This document shows positions 45,300 to 59,669 of a stretch of DNA of 64,000 nt, piece after piece. How positions within the stretch are numbered: the stretch's first letter is position 1; every line of letters starts with the position of its first letter. The notes beneath the pieces are model-generated. The model made no database searches, was not told the origin of the DNA, and was given only the letters and a program-made list of their open reading frames with translations. The position numbers and the translations under genes are program-made. Source of the DNA: Macrostomum hystrix (Eukaryota > Animalia > Platyhelminthes); the NCBI GenBank assembly GCA_950097015.1, contig CATNEN010000039.1, positions 15,252,001 through 15,316,000 on the forward strand, in the 5' to 3' direction.

Positions 45300-46617
45300 T
45301 TGTTCCTTCTCGATTATGCAATTATGTCAGTTATTACCCCCCTTCTATTGGACTCCTAACCTGTTGCTGTGTTGTGCAACTATTGTTCTTTACACTATTC
45401 TGTCCACTATTTCGTAACCGCATACCAGGAGGCCATGATTAACAGCCTCCCCTGAGCGAAACTACCGGCTACCCCCTCTCCGAACCGTCATTTTTCTCTC
45501 TTATCATGCGCTTCTCACATTATCGATTATGTGTCGGTGTCGGAAACAGTGTCGAATCAGAGAGCGAGAGAGTGGCCTCAATGACCTCAATTTGCGACTC
45601 TTTTAAATATAATCTTTTAAATCGCGCCTTAAACTCTTGACTCACTTCACGCCTGCGGATTGCGACCATGGATTTCTCCCATGCTTTTATCTTGCCCCGG
45701 GACTGTACTGGAAGACTCATCCCCTTTCGTGATTGTCCTGCCCCGCAACCGTACTGGCCAAAAGAGAACTGTCCCGACCCTGCCCGCCGGCACTGCTCTA
45801 GAGGCCAGCACGACAGCAGCAATCCCCACCTTTCGTTGTCTACCACTCTCTCAATTTGTCACTGGTCCCCTGTCATTGCTAAGCTCCGCTACCCGTCATT
45901 GCTTATTTCGTAAGCCTTACTTCCACTCCTTGTTTAAAATATGCACTTAATCAATAATGCCCTTATCAATGCAACACTTTTGTTTTTTATTCAAAATTTA
46001 TTTTTGTTAGTTGATTTAAAAGACATTTATTGCATCCTGTACGCATTTGAGTACTTTAATGTATATAAGAATAAAAAACATTAAATAAATATAACGGTAC
46101 CCTTTAACACCAAAAGTAGCAAAAAAAATAAGTTTATCTCATTATAGTCAGTATAAAAAATATTTTTTTGAAGACTATCTTATAAATGTTTATTTTTCTA
46201 TTGGGTGCTGCTATATAATTATGATCTAAAAATTATATTTTTGCGATCCACGGAGCGTCTTGAAATTGTTGCAAATACGCAAATGCAGCTGGTAATTTTC
46301 ATCACAAACATTTCTGCTATATAATCCTGCACATTTGACGCCAAATGCGACGTATCTGTTACGTATCTTGGGAACGTTTCAGAAACGAGATAGATACGTA
46401 ACTGCAACCACGAAAAACACGTATCCGATACGTTGCATGGATACCTAAAACTAACGTTGCACTTACGTATCCATACGTATCTTTGTTGTGCGGGCTTAAA
46501 CTAAAGCGATTGTATTTCCTCCTTTTATGCTTCCATATTTATATCAAGCTGCTTGCAATAGGCCTACTTCGCCTGCTGAAGGCGCGGCGCGGCAGCACTT
46601 CTATTGGTGTGACGCTG

Positions 46618-47446
46618 CAGGGGCGTATAGGACAGGGGGGATATGGGGATATACCTCCCACTTCAGCCATACACAATGGCGCCCCACTCCCTCAAAGTCT
46701 GGCGCCCACCTGTTTCAGTCTCTGGCGCCCACCTGTTTCAGTCTCTGGCGCCCACCTGTTTCAGTCTCTGGTGCCCACCTGTTTCAGTCTCTGGCGCCCA
46801 CCTGTTTCAGTCTCTGGCGCCCACCTGTTTCAGTCTCTGGCGCCCACCTGTTTCAGTCTCTGGCGCCCACCTGTTTCAGTCTCTGGCGCCCACCTGTTTC
46901 AGTCTCTGGCGCCCACCTGTTTCAGTCTCTGGCGCCCACCTGTTTCAGTCTCTGGCGCCCACCTGTTTCAGTCTCTGGCGCCCACCTGTTTCAGTCTCTG
47001 GCGCCCACCTGTTTCAGTCTCTGGCGCCCACCTGTTTCAGTCTCTGGCGCCCACCTGTTTCAGTCTCTGGCGCCCACCTGTTTCAGTCTCTGGCGCCCAC
47101 CTGTTTCAGTCTCTGGCGCCCACCTGTTTCAGTCTCTGGTGCCCACCTGTTTCAGTCTCTGGCGCCCACCTGTTTCAGTCTCTGGCGCCCACCTGTTTCA
47201 GTCTCTGGCGTCCACCTGTTTCAGTCTCTGGCGCCCACCTGTTTCAGTCTCTGGCGCCCACCTGTTTCAGTCTCTGGCGCCCACCTGTTTCAGTCTCTGG
47301 CGCCCACCTGTTTCAGTCTCTGGCGCCCACCTGTTTCAGTCTCTGGCGCCCACCTGTTTCAGTCTCTGGCGCCCACCGCACAAATGTTTTTCTCGTGCCC
47401 CTTCAGAAATTATCCCCCACTCCGAATTTCCATGGCTACGCCCCTG
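46618..47446. mobile_element. hAT-type MITE containing a 23-bp minisatellite (46697-47377)
   Basis: TIR CAGGGGCGTA/TACGCCCCTG; 8-bp TSD TGACGCTG at 46610-46617 and 47447-47454. Confidence 0.85.
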
Positions 47447-48449
47447 TGACGCTGACTCTCAAGATAGGCTTGCGCCATCACATGCAGTTCCAAAATCTTT
47501 CTAACTGAGAAAGCAGACTGAGAGCTTCACAGAAAAGTCGCCTGTGGGGAGGCTGGATTTTTGTGGGGCGTTATGGGGTCGTAACTATAGGCTAACCACC
47601 TCAGAATCGACCCGTGCAATTTATTCATGTTGCTCAACTCAACTCAAAAATCATGCGAAAGTTGCTAAAATCACAATTCCAATGAACACCTGGCCCTGTT
47701 GCTCCTGAGCTTCAGAATGGATTCTCGTTTCGTTTTTCTCACAAAGGTGCTATAAAAGCCTTCTTTCCATCACTGACACTTAAAAGTCAAAACGTGGTGA
47801 TCCTTTTTACTCTTACTTAAGTTGCTAAATCCTTAAATCTCACTGGGTTTTAAATCAATGCGACGCATTTGTGGCCTACCTTATTGCGTAAGAAAAGGCA
47901 AAACCAAAGCCATCCCTTATCATATTGTTCAAAAGCACGGATGCATTCTTCATTTCGTTTCTTAGGCCTATCTGTGTTCTCCCCAATGCTGTGAGATTCA
48001 AATTCCATTTCGCGAAATCTCCCCGCGGGCTCATGATGATATGACTCCAAAAAATGGGATCGAAGTTGAACTGCAGCTCAATATGTGTGAATTACGGACC
48101 ATTAGGCATAGATAGAGCCTAGGCTTTCAGTTTCCAAATCCGTTCGCAGCGAATTTTTTGCTGGCTTAATGTCACTTGTACTAGTGCCATATGTAGGCTA
48201 GGCGGTGACTGTGTGACGATTAGGCCTAAGTCCATAGCCAATCTGAAGCCAACCAAGACTCTCATCTGCATCCTGCACTCCAGTATCTCTGATTCTCATC
48301 CACAGAGGCGGATCAAGGAGCGGAGGGAATATAGCGGCCGCAGTAGCAGATCCAGGTGGATGGGGGCGGCAGAGGGTTAGCGGGTCCAGGGAGCAGGGGG
48401 CGGCAGAGGGTTAGCGGGTTAGCACTTTTTCCAATAAACCTTCCGTTGA

Positions 48450-51165
48450 CCATCCGCTCTCTCTTCCGCTTCCTCCAAGCCATCCGCTCTCTCTCTCCCG
48501 CTTCCTCCATGCCATCAGCTCTCTTTCCCGCTTCAGCCATCTGCTCTCTCTCCCGCTCCCTCCAAGCCATTCGCTCTCTCTCCCGCTCCCTCCAAGCCAT
48601 CCGCTCTCTCTCCCGCTTCTCCTAAGCCATCTGCTCTCTCTCCCGGTCCCTCCAAGCCATTCGCTCTCTCCCGCTCCCTTCAAGCCATCCGCTCTCTCTC
48701 CCGCTTCTCCTAAGCCATCTGCTCTCTCTCCGGTCCCTCCAAGCCATTCGCTCTCTCCCGCTCCCTCCAAGCCATCCGCTCTCTCTCCCGCTTCTCCTAA
48801 GCCATCTGCTCTCTCTCCCGGTCCCTCCAAGCCATTCGCTCTCTCTCCCGCTTCTCCTAAGCCATCTGCTCTCTCTCCCGGTCCCTCCAAGCCATCCGCT
48901 CTCTCCCGCTCCCTCTCTCTCTCCCGGTCCCTCCAAGCCATCCGCTCTCTCTCCCGCTTCTCCTAAGCCATCTGCTCCCTCTCCCGGTCCCTCCAAGCCA
49001 TCCGCTCTCTCTCCCGCTTCTCCTAAGCCATCTGCTCTCTCTCCCGGTCCCTCCAAGCCATTCGCTCTCTCCCGCTCCCTCTCTCTCTCCCGCTCCCTCC
49101 ATGCCATCCGCTCTCTCTCCCGGTCCCTCCAAGCCAACCGCTCTCTCTCCCGCTCCCTCCATGCCATCCGCTCTCTCTCCCGCTCCCTCCATGCCATCCG
49201 CTCTCTTTCCCGCTTCAGCCATCTGCTCTCTCTCCCGCTCCCTCCAAGCCATTCGCTCTCTCTCCCGCTCCCTCCAAGCCATCCGCTCTCTCTCCCGCTT
49301 CTCCTAAGCCATCTGCTCTCTCTCCCGGTCCCTCCAAGCCATTCGCTCTCTCCCGCTCCCTTCAAGCCATCCGCTCTCTCTCCCGCTTCTCCTAAGCCAT
49401 CTGCTCTCTCTCCCGGTCCCTCCAAGCCATTCGCTCTCTCCCGCTCCCTCCAAGCCATCCGCTCTCTCTCCCGCTTCTCCTAAGCCATCTGCTCTCTCTC
49501 CCGGTCCCTCCAAGCCATTCGCTCTCTCTCCCGCTTCTCCTAAGCCATCTGCTCTCTCTCCCGGTCCCTCCAAGCCATCCGCTCTCTCCCGCTCCCTCTC
49601 TCTCTCCCGGTCCCTCCAAGCCATCCGCTCTCTCTCCCGCTTCTCCTAAGCCATCTGCTCCCTCTCCCGGTCCCTCCAAGCCATCCGCTCTCTCTCCCGC
49701 TTCTCCTAAGCCATCTGCTCTCTCTCCCGGTCCCTCCAAGCCATTCGCTCTCTCCCGCTCCCTCTCTCTCTCCCGCTCCCTCCATGCCATCCGCTCTCTC
49801 TCCCGGTCCCTCCAAGCCAACCGCTCTCTCTCCCGCTCCCTCCATGCCATCCGCTCTCTCTCCCGCTCCCTCCATGCCATCCGCTCTCTCTCCCGCTCCC
49901 TCCATGCCATCCGCTCTCTCTCCCGCTCCGTCCAAGCCATCCGCCCTCTCTCCCGGTCCCTCCAAGCCAACCGCTCTCTCTCCCGCTCCCTCCAAGCCAT
50001 CCGCTCTCTCTTGCGCTTCCTCCATGCCATCCGCTCTCTCTTGCGCTTCCTCCATGCCATCCGCTCTCTCTTGCGCTTCCTCCATGCCATCCGCTCTCTC
50101 TCCCGCTTCCTCCAAGCCAACCGCTCTCTCTCCCGCTCCCTCCATGCCATCCGCTCTCTCTCCCGCTCCCTCCAAGCCATCCGCCCTCTCTCCCGCTTCC
50201 TCCATGCCATCAGCTCTCTTTCCCGCTTCAGCCATCTGCTCTCTCTCCCGCTCCCTCCAAGCCATTCGCTCTCTCTCCCGCTCCCTCCAAGCCATCCGCT
50301 CTCTCTCCCGCTTCTCCTAAGCCATCTGCTCTCTCTCCCGGTCCCTCCAAGCCATTCGCTCTCTCCCGCTCCCTCCAAGCCATCCGCTCTCTCTCCCGCT
50401 TCTCCTAAGCCATCTGCTCTCTCTCCCGGTCCCTCTAAGCCATTCGCTCTCTCCCGCTCCCTCCAAGCCATCCGCTCTCTCTCCCGCTTCTCCTAAGCCA
50501 TCTGCTCTCTCTCCCGGTCCCTCCAAGCCATTCGCTCTCTCTCCCGCTTCTCCTAAGCCATCTGCTCTCTCTCCCGGTCCCTCCAAGCCATCCGCTCTCT
50601 CCCGCTCCCTCTCTCTCTCCCGGTCCCTCCAAGCCATCCGCTCTCTCTCCCGCTTCTCCTAAGCCATCTGCTCTCTCTCCCGCTCCCTCCAAGCCATTCG
50701 CTCTCTCCCGCTCCCTCTCTCTCTCCCGCTCCCTCCAAGCCATCCGCTCTCTCTCCCGGTCCCTCCAAGCCAACCGCTCTCTCTCCCGCTCCCTCCATGC
50801 CATCCGCTCTCTCTCCCGCTCCCTCCATGCCATCCGCTCTCTCTCCCGCTCCCTCCAAGCCATCCGCCCTCTCTCCCGGTCCCTCCAAGCCAACCGCTCT
50901 CTCCCGCTCCCTCCATGCCATCCGCTCTCTCTCCCGCTCCCTCCAAGCCATCCGCCCTCTCTCCCGGTCCCTCCAAGCCAACCGCTCTCTCTCCCGCTCC
51001 CTCCAAGCCATCCGCTCTCTCTTGCGCTTCCTCCATGCCATCCGCTCTCTCTCTCGCTTCCTCCAAGCCATCTGCTCTCTCTCCCGCTTCCTCCAAGCCA
51101 TCTGCTCTCTCTCCCGCTTCCTCCAAGCCATCTGCTTTCTCTCCCGATCCCTCCAAGCCATCCGC
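48450..51165. repeat. CT-rich composite ~30-bp minisatellite with higher-order blocks
   Basis: CAAGCCATCCGCTCTCTCTCCCGCTCCCTC variants. Confidence 0.95.
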
Positions 51166-53850
51166 TTTGGCCCACTGAGACACTGTGTCGACTCTACAGG
51201 TTTCTCTTTTTTTCTAATTGGCTATTGAATTCATTCCTAAGAAAAACTTTTCCGAAAACACTTGGCAGCTGACGTGTCTTCAACGGCGTACTGGCAGTAG
51301 CATAGTTCGTACATGCATGGAGAAAAAAGCAAAATATGAACACTTATTTCAGCAAAATCTATTTTTCGAAAATGGGACAGTACTCAATTCGGCAATGCAA
51401 ATGAAGCATTTAACCAAAAGAGTGAGAAACGAAATGTCTTCTTTATCTTTAATACAATATTTCCTAACTCCTCCATCAATTTGTTATGATGCCTCCAGTT
51501 CCAATCCCTTGCTTTTGAGTGTCAAAATAAAAAACCGAACATCAGATTCCTTATTCGGCTTGATGCATGGAAATAGTTGTTCGGGTTTGGTTGTACTTGT
51601 AGGCCTACATGGTTTATAACTTTTTTTCTACTGAACCAATTCGGCTCCAACAACATTGTTTCGAAAGAAAAAATGTTTTCTACAACTTTCGGTTGTTTTC
51701 ACATTGATATCCAGCCTAGTTAAATTAAAAAAGGTTGAATGTGTAAAATCATAGATTTCTTGTTCGGTTGATGATGTTTTAGGCCTACCCTAGGCCCAGG
51801 AAATAGGACAAAAAATCGTGCAAAAAAAACTAGGGCTTAACATGTTTTCTAATAAAATAGCTGATTGTTATAAGTTATATATGGGCCCTGTATAATACTA
51901 TTTTTTTATTTTATCTAAAGACAAAGATTGTACTTACCTTGGCTTTGGCAATTTCTTATTTTTAGGTCTATGACCTTGATCTATATTATAAGGTCAAAAT
52001 AAACAACTCTAAGATTAAATTGATTAAACAAACTAATAAGAATGCAGTGATATACAATAGTCAACATATTATTTTTATTTAGTGGGGCCTTTTAGACCAT
52101 AAATAATGTGGTCTAAAATAATAAAGGGTCTGTGGCAGTGGTTAATGTGTTCTCTTAATGTGTGTCTAATTTAGCCTCTTATGCCAAGGTGCCTAAGTTT
52201 GATTCTACAACAAGGCCATATTTATTTGGGGCACAGCCTCAGAAAGAAGGCTTAGGGGCTTGTGCAATTTATGCCATTTAAGGCTTAGGCCTATCTAAGG
52301 TATACTGACAATGAGAAAGTCAGGGCAGATGTACACATCTATTCAAGTAGGCCTATATACCTATGTACAGTATCTGTATGTGTGCACTCAGGAGTCAGCA
52401 AATTGGGCAGCTGCAGGTCCAGTGTCACTAAATGATGTGCTATTGCACACAACAATTCTCCTGCTGAATCATGATTATATAATAAAAGATTAGGAGCCTA
52501 TTGGCCATTTAGCCTTTTTCTGGGTGGCCAAAACATAATATCTGTCATTAGTAACAGGCAGTCAGACCCACCTAGTGGACAAGTGTCCCCTTGACATTAA
52601 AAAGTAGAAGAATCCAATGCCAACCAACATGTGCAACCTCCCAAATCTTAGCCGGCCATGCAACTTAGTTTTTGCTCTATTTACGACTTAGTTTGCTCTC
52701 AGTTGCAACTTAGTTCATTTCATTGCTTTATTTACAACTTAGTTTGCTCTCATTTGCTCTATTTTTCTCTCCCATTTTCATCTTCTTCATGCCTTCCTTT
52801 TTGTCCCTTGGTCCCCCTCTGATTTTTTTGCACTTGGTTGATTGGTTTTTGCAACTTACCTTGCTTGGCCCTTGTTTCACCTGGCCAGTTTGGCCGGGTC
52901 GGCCGGGTGTTGTGCATGTATGCCAACCAATTATATCCCTATAGAAGTAGGTTGTTGTGTGAATATGGATTTGATTAGTGCACATGTACATAGCTATAAT
53001 TAATTATAAGTGATAGTAGGCCTATGTACATAGTTTATAATAACCCTTAGACACAAAGAACCATGTCCCTATAGCAGCAGAAAACCTATAGGCCTATATT
53101 TCCCTTTAGCAGGCAACTAATGTCTGCATGGCAAGAAATGTCCCTTATGTAGCAAACTTATGTTCCTTTTTAGAGGATAAAACAATGTCTAAAAAAGCTC
53201 TATGCCAACTTCTTTTTCTTCAAATAAGCACTCTTCATTCGTCTTTTATTAAGTTTGTTGTTAATAGATACAGTTTTATTCATCTGGCACAATTGCTAGT
53301 TCTTGTTTTCCCCTTAGTGACATTACTTATTCACACACTCAATTAAAAAGTTTTAAATTCGAAATAGCAGCAAAAAACTAGTTTTAAACTAGATTAAAAT
53401 CAAAAGTGGCACAATTGTTTGTTAGAATGATGTAATTTTAGCCTATTATTTTAGTCTGTTATTGTATAGGCAGGCAGTCTGTTGTGATCCTAATTTTGTC
53501 CATTTTGCTGCCCATTTTAGTATTAACATCAGCCAGCTGTATCTCTTAACTACTAAAATGGGCCAATAATAAATGCAGGAATACAAAGCTTCTAGTAAGT
53601 AGCCTAGTGGGGTTTGTCACACAACTGGGTGAATCTTTTTAGATAGACTAAAATCATAAAGTTACTGATTAGAGTATATTGCCAAGCTAAAGAACTACTA
53701 CTGCTTTATTTAATTTCTTAGTTTTATTGGAGGCAGCCTGAGTTAGTCCTTAAGTTGCCCTTCTGTTAACTTATAGTAAATGTTCTTGGGCTGCTAAGCA
53801 ATTATTTAAAAATCTCTTATATATAACATGGTTTCCAGGTAGTTTCCTAA

Positions 53851-56270
53851 ATGGCATCGTCGGAGCAACAAATTGTCAGAGTAATTCCACCTGATGACAT
53901 CCGACGCGGGCACGAGCAGCTGGGCCGCGGCACCTATGGCACGGTTTATCGCGGTCGTTGGCAAGGCTCGGATGTTGCTATTAAACTATTCGACACCCAA
54001 CGCGATGTAGCCAGCCTACAGAAGGAGATGGGCCTACTAGCTCGCTGTCAGCATCCGAACATTGTGCGCTTATTTGGCGTCTGGCTAGGACCTAGCGACA
54101 GTGAGCGTCCCTCATCTGGCTCAGCCGGCGACTACACCTGCCCTTATTACGTCATGGAGTTGGCAGATTCAGGCACAGTGGCCGATGTTGTTCACAATCG
54201 ACCTTCGGTTAACTATAGCATTGGCCTGGCATTCTCCTGGCTATTGCAGTGCGCCCAGGCTGTGGCCTATCTTCACTCTCACCAGCCTAGACCAATTATT
54301 CATCGCGATCTGAAGAGCATGAACCTACTATTGTTCGACTGTGGCCGGATGCTTAAAGTTTGCGATTTTGGCACCGTGCGTGAACAATCTACCGACATGA
54401 CCTCTAGCAAGGGCACTGTGGCTTGGATGGCCCCCGAGATCCTTACTAACAGCAGGTAGCACTCAGTACTGTACTTTCTCATAATGCCTTGTGTTCTGGG
54501 AACTTTAGGTTGCAGATGAGTATTCTCAGGTTCTCAAGTTAATCTCTGTCTCCATTTGAAATCTCGGGGTTATGTGTGTAATCATCGCGTCAACAAAACC
54601 AATCGCAGATACTCGCCCAGCGTGGACGTCTACTCGCTCGGCATGGTGATGTGGGAAGTGCTTGCTCGCAGTCGGCCATTCAAAGACATGAACAGCTACA
54701 GTATTATGTTTCACATTCACGCTGGTCAGCGGCCGCCGCAGTTTCGCGACTGTCCGGAGACTCTGCGCAGCCTACTCGCGGCCTGCCTACACCAGGATCC
54801 CGGGCATCGGCCGCCCATCTTCAGCTTAGTGGAACTCTTCCAGCTAATGGCTCCTCGCCTGCCAGGCTATTTTGACAGCCTCATGGAGCCTGAGTCCGCC
54901 GCCTCATTCTCTGCCGGCGATGGCGAAGCCAACGATCGCGATGCTGCCGGCATTGCCGACAAGGCTGACGCTGCCGACGATCTGTTAGACATCGATGTCG
55001 AGGTGACGGAGGATCCGCCGCCGCCGATTTTCATTTCGTCGGCTTCTTCAGCTACAGCGGCGTCTGCGCTGCGGCTGTTGCCGAAACCGAGGTCTCGTTC
55101 AGGATCAAAGTCGCCGACTCCACCGTCTCTTCAGCAGCAGCAGCAGCAGCAGCAAATACCGCTCCAGGTAACTAACGAGCCGCATCTAATGCCCAGCCTA
55201 GCAACTCCGCAGGATGGCAGCGATCAGCTACAATTAATGCGCGTCATCTGGGAGGAGCTGCCAGTTGAATTGCTGCCGCCACAGGCGTTGCCGGGCAACC
55301 GTGAATCCGAAGGCTTGTTTGCTGAGCATCAGCGACTGCTGGCTGAGTATACTAATGAGCAGGTAAGGCCGATGAAATCCCAGGTGAAATTTAGTCTTCA
55401 GGCTGATGAAATCTCAGGTGAAAGCTTGACTTCAGGCTGATGAAATCTCAGGTGAAAGCTGACTTCAGGCTGATGAAATCTCAGGTGAAATTTAGTCTTC
55501 AGGCTGATGAAATCTCAGGTGAAAGCTGACTTCAGGCTGATGAAATCTCAGGTGAAATTTAGTCTTCAGGCTGATGAAATCTCAGGTGAAAGCTTGACTT
55601 CAGGCTGATGAAATCTCAGGTGAAAGCTGACTTCAGGCTGATGAAATCTCAGGTGAAAGCTGACTTCAGGCTGATGAAATCTCAGGTGAAATTTAGTCTT
55701 CAGGCTGATGAAATCTCAGGTGAAAGCTGACTTCAGGCTGATGAAATCTCAGGTGAAATTTAGTCTTCAGGCTGATGAAATCTCAGGTGAAAGCTTGACT
55801 TCAGGCTGATGAAATCTCAGGTGAAAGCTTGACTTCAGGCTGATGAAATCTCAGGTGAAAGCTGACTTCAGGCTGATGAAATCTGAGGTGAAATTTAGTC
55901 TTCAGGCTGATATAATCTCAAGTGAAAGCTTAACTTCCGGCTGGTGATCAATTCTTAGGCGAAAGTAATACTTCATACCATATGGTTAACCGTTAATTTT
56001 AATAAATAACTAAACTGCACTTCAAGCTAGATGCTTTGAACATAACAATTCTTATAATCGCTTCTCCTTCAGATGACGCTGATGCGACTCACCCAGGAGC
56101 AGAAGGATCTGGAGCAGCAGCTGTTGCAGCTAGTAAATGCTGATCAACTGCGCGACCTGCTTGAACTGAAGCAGCGCCTTGACGAACTGCGGCACAGTCA
56201 GAATAGCCTGGCTGCTGGACCAGCTGCTCAGCGATCACTGTCAGCATTGGAGCTTAACAATCGGTCCTGA
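53851..56270 (+). CDS. MAP3K7: TAK1/MAP3K7-like kinase; exons 53851-54455, 54609-55362, 56073-56270 (518 aa)
   Basis: GRGTYG, VAIK, HRDLK, DFGT..TDMT..KGTVAWMAPE; C-terminal LPP..P.NRES..FAEH..EY..Q coiled coil typical of TAK1. Confidence 0.85.
55370..55945. repeat. 32-33-bp intronic minisatellite TTCAGGCTGATGAAATCTCAGGTGAAAGCTGAC
   Basis: Direct tandem copies in kinase intron 2. Confidence 0.95.
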
Positions 56271-56539
56271 TCCAACCTGGTTGGTTCAGTGTGCTAATTT
56301 GAAACATTTAAACAATTGTTTTATAGTTTTCTAACGCAGGGGTCGGCAAACTTCGCCAGTATAATGCTTGAAAAGCGTTTGTGTATAGACCAAGGCCTCT
56401 TTTAATCTTGTCTCTTGTCTTGAGATAAGTTGATATTTTTCATCTCAATCTAATCATCTTATTTGAGTGCAGCGATCTTATCTCTTCCCGATTATCCTCA
56501 CTTTTCCTGTCATCTCTTCTCTTCCTTGTCTCATTTCTG

Positions 56540-57278
56540 CCCTGTCTCATTTCTGCCCTGTCTCATTTCTCCCGTGTCTCATGTCTCCTCTGTCTCATCT
56601 CTCCCGTGTCTTATGTCTCCTCTGTCTCATCTCTCCCGTGTCTTATTTCTCCCCTGTCTCATGTCTCCTCTGTCTCATCTCTCCCGGGTCTTATGTCTCC
56701 TCTGTCTCATCTCTCCCGGGTCTTATGTCTCCTCTGTCTCATCTCTCCCGTGTCTTATGTCTCCTCTGTCTCATCTCTCCCGTGTCTTATGTCTCCTCTG
56801 TCTCATCTCTCCCGTGTCTTATGTCTCCTCTGTCTCATCTCTCCCGTGTCTTATTTCTCCCCTGTCTCATGTCTCCTCTGTCTCATCTCTCCCGGGTCTT
56901 ATGTCTCCTCTGTCTCATCTCTCCCGGGTCTTATGTCTCCTCTGTCTCATCTCTCCCGTGTCTTATGTCTCCTCTGTCTCATCTCTCCCGTGTCTTATGT
57001 CTCCTCTGTCTCATCTCTCCCGGGTCTTATGTCTCCTCTGTCTCATCTCTCCCGTGTCTTATGTCTCCTCTGTCTCATCTCTCCCGTGTCTTATGTCTCC
57101 TCTGTCTCATCTCTCCCGTGTCTTATGTCTCCTCTGTCTCATCTCTCCCGTGTCTTATGTCTCCTCTGTCTCATCTCTCCCGTGTCTTATGTCTCCTCTG
57201 TCTCATCTCTCCCGTGTCTTATGTCTCCTCTGTCTCATCTCTCCCGTGTCTTATGTCTCCTCTGTCTCATCTCTCCCG
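56540..57278. repeat. 32-bp minisatellite TCTCCCGTGTCTTATGTCTCCTCTGTCTCATC
   Basis: Direct tandem copies. Confidence 0.95.
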
Positions 57279-57725
57279 TCAATCCAACTCGCTGTCGACT
57301 CCTAGATCTCTCTTTGATTGGCAAGGTCTTAAATTTTGCCGATATCTGTACGTAACAATTGGTAATGCAGAGTGTTGTGCTTGTTTTTAATTAACAATTT
57401 GAGGATTTTTTTTATGACTTGAAGTCAGGATTATCGCGTCTTCGAATTTCGATCGTCTCACTTTCTTGTTTGAGCTATAATTGTATAGTTTAAATCTATT
57501 TTTTTGCAGAGTAGTAAAGGCAGAAGCCAACTTGTTCTATCATATGAGTTTATGATAGAACTCAAACTTGTATCAAAGTATTGTCCGTTTCTTGCTACAT
57601 AGACAAAATATAATGTCGACTATTTTAAATACTATAAGTACTCGTATTTATATTTCCCGTCTTAAACGATTTCTAGCTGGTTTAATACCATCTGCTGATT
57701 CCCCTTCCTCGTCATCTGCTAGAAG

Positions 57726-59487
57726 TTCTCCCTTTCCTCATCCACTGACCATTCTCCCTTTCCTCATCCACTGACAATTCTCCCTTTCCTCATCCACTGA
57801 CAATTCTCCCTTTCCTCATCCACTGACAATTCTCCCTTTCCTCATCCACTGACCATTCTCCCTTTCCTCATCCACTGACAATTCTCCCTTTCCTCATCCA
57901 CTGACAATTCTCCCTTTCCTCATCCACTGACAATTCTCCCTTTCCTCATCCACTGACAATTCTCCCTTTCCTCATCCACTGACCATTCTCCCTTTCCTCA
58001 TCCACTGACAATTCTCCCTTTCCTCATCCACTGACAATTCTCCCTTTCCTCATCCACTGACAATTCTCCCTTTCCTCATCCACTGACAATTCTCCCTTTC
58101 CTCACCCACTGACAATTCTCCCTTTCCTCACCCACTGACAATTCTCCCTTTCCTCATCCACTGACCATTCTCCCTTTCCTCATCCACTGACAATTCTCCC
58201 TTTCCTCATCCACTGACCATTCTCCCTTTCCTCATCCACTGACAATTCTCCCTTTCCTCATCCACTGACCATTCTCCCTTTCCTCATCCACTGACAATTC
58301 TCCCTTTCCTCATCCACTGACCATTCTCCCTTTCCTCATCCACTGACCATTCTCCCTTTCCTCATCCACTGACCATTCTCCCTTTCCTCATCCACTGACA
58401 ATCTCCCTTTCCTCATCCACTGACCATTCTCCCTTTCCTCATCCACTGACCATTCTCCCTTTCCTCATCCACTGGCAATTCTGCCTTTCCTCATCCACTG
58501 ACAATCTCCCTTTCCTCATCCACTGGCAATTCTGCCTTTCCTCATCCACTGACAATTCTCCCTTTCCTCATCCACTGACAATTCTGCCTTTCCTCATCCA
58601 CTGACAATTCTCCCTTTCCTCATCCACTGACCATTCTCCCTTTCCTCATCCACTGACCATTCTCCCTTTCCTCATCCACTGACCATTCTCCCTTTCCTCA
58701 TCCACTGACCATTTTCCCTTTCCTCATCCACTGACAATTCTCCCTTTCCTCATCCACTGACCATTCTCCCTTTCCTCATCCACTGACCATTCTCCCTTTC
58801 CTCATCCACTGACAATTCTCACTTTCCTCATCCACTGACCATTCTCCCTTTCCTCATCCACTGACAATTCTCACTTTCCTCATCCACTGACCATTCTCCC
58901 TTTCCTCATCCACTGACCATTCTCCCTTTCCTCATCCACTGACAATTCTCCCTTTCCTCATCCACTGGCAATTCTCCCTTTCCTCATCCACTGACAATTC
59001 TCCCTTTCCTCATCCACTGACAATTCTCCCTTTCCTCATCCACTGACCATTCTCCCTATCCTCATCCACTGACCATTCTCCCTTTCCTCATCCACTGACC
59101 ATTCTCCCTTTCCTCATCCACTGACCATTCTCCCTTTCCTCATCCACTGACAATTCTCCCTTTCCTCATCCACTGGCAATTCTCCCTTTCCTCATCCACT
59201 GACAATTCTCCCTTTCCTCATCCACTGACAATTCTCCCTTTCCTCATCCACTGACCATTCTCCCTTTCCTCATCCACTGACCATTCTCCCTTTCCTCATC
59301 CACTGACAATTCTCCCTTTCCTCATCCACTGACAATTCTCCCTTTCCTCATCCACTGACCATTCTCCCTTTCCTCATCCACTGACAATTCTCCCTTTCCT
59401 CATCCACTGACCATTCTCCCTTTCCTCATCCACTGACAATTCTCCCTTTCCTCATCCACTGGCAATTCTCCCTTTCCTCATCCACTT
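57726..59487. repeat. 26-bp minisatellite TTCTCCCTTTCCTCATCCACTGACAA
   Basis: Direct tandem copies. Confidence 0.95.
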
Positions 59488-59669
59488 TCAATCCAGCCTT
59501 ATCTACTGGTACTAGTAAACTTTTCTTATATTTCAGCCTGCTCGAATATAGTTGAAACTAATCCTAAAGTGCGGTACGAGAATACAATTTTCAAAGCAGC
59601 TTTGAATTCAGTCTAATAAAATACGCCAAAGTAGACAGCGTCAGGAAATCGAAAGCCGACTAATCAGAC

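Larger units (their letters stand above)
39640..46494 (+). mobile_element. Full-length EnSpm/CACTA (CMC) DNA transposon
   Basis: TIR CCCGCACAGCAAAG / CTTTGTTGTGCGGG; 3-bp TSD CTT (39637-39639, 46495-46497); subterminal GATACGTA repeats at both ends. Confidence 0.9.

Noticed and set aside
45420-45950. Short ORFs / possible insert near the EnSpm 3' end
   Set aside because: No recognisable motif or boundaries
48303-51177. MITE enclosing the CT-rich array (CAGAGGCGGATC start)
   Set aside because: No matching right TIR or TSD
46483-51228. Long ORFs over the 23-bp and CT-rich arrays
   Set aside because: Open in several frames only because the repeat units lack stops
55370-55945. Hammerhead-ribozyme-like CTGATGA...GAAA...GTC in the repeat unit
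   Set aside because: Stems I, II and III cannot be paired convincingly; the core words are probably coincidental (a covariance-model search would settle it)
56337-56352. hAT-like TIR CAGGGGTCGGCAAAC
   Set aside because: No partner end or TSD found
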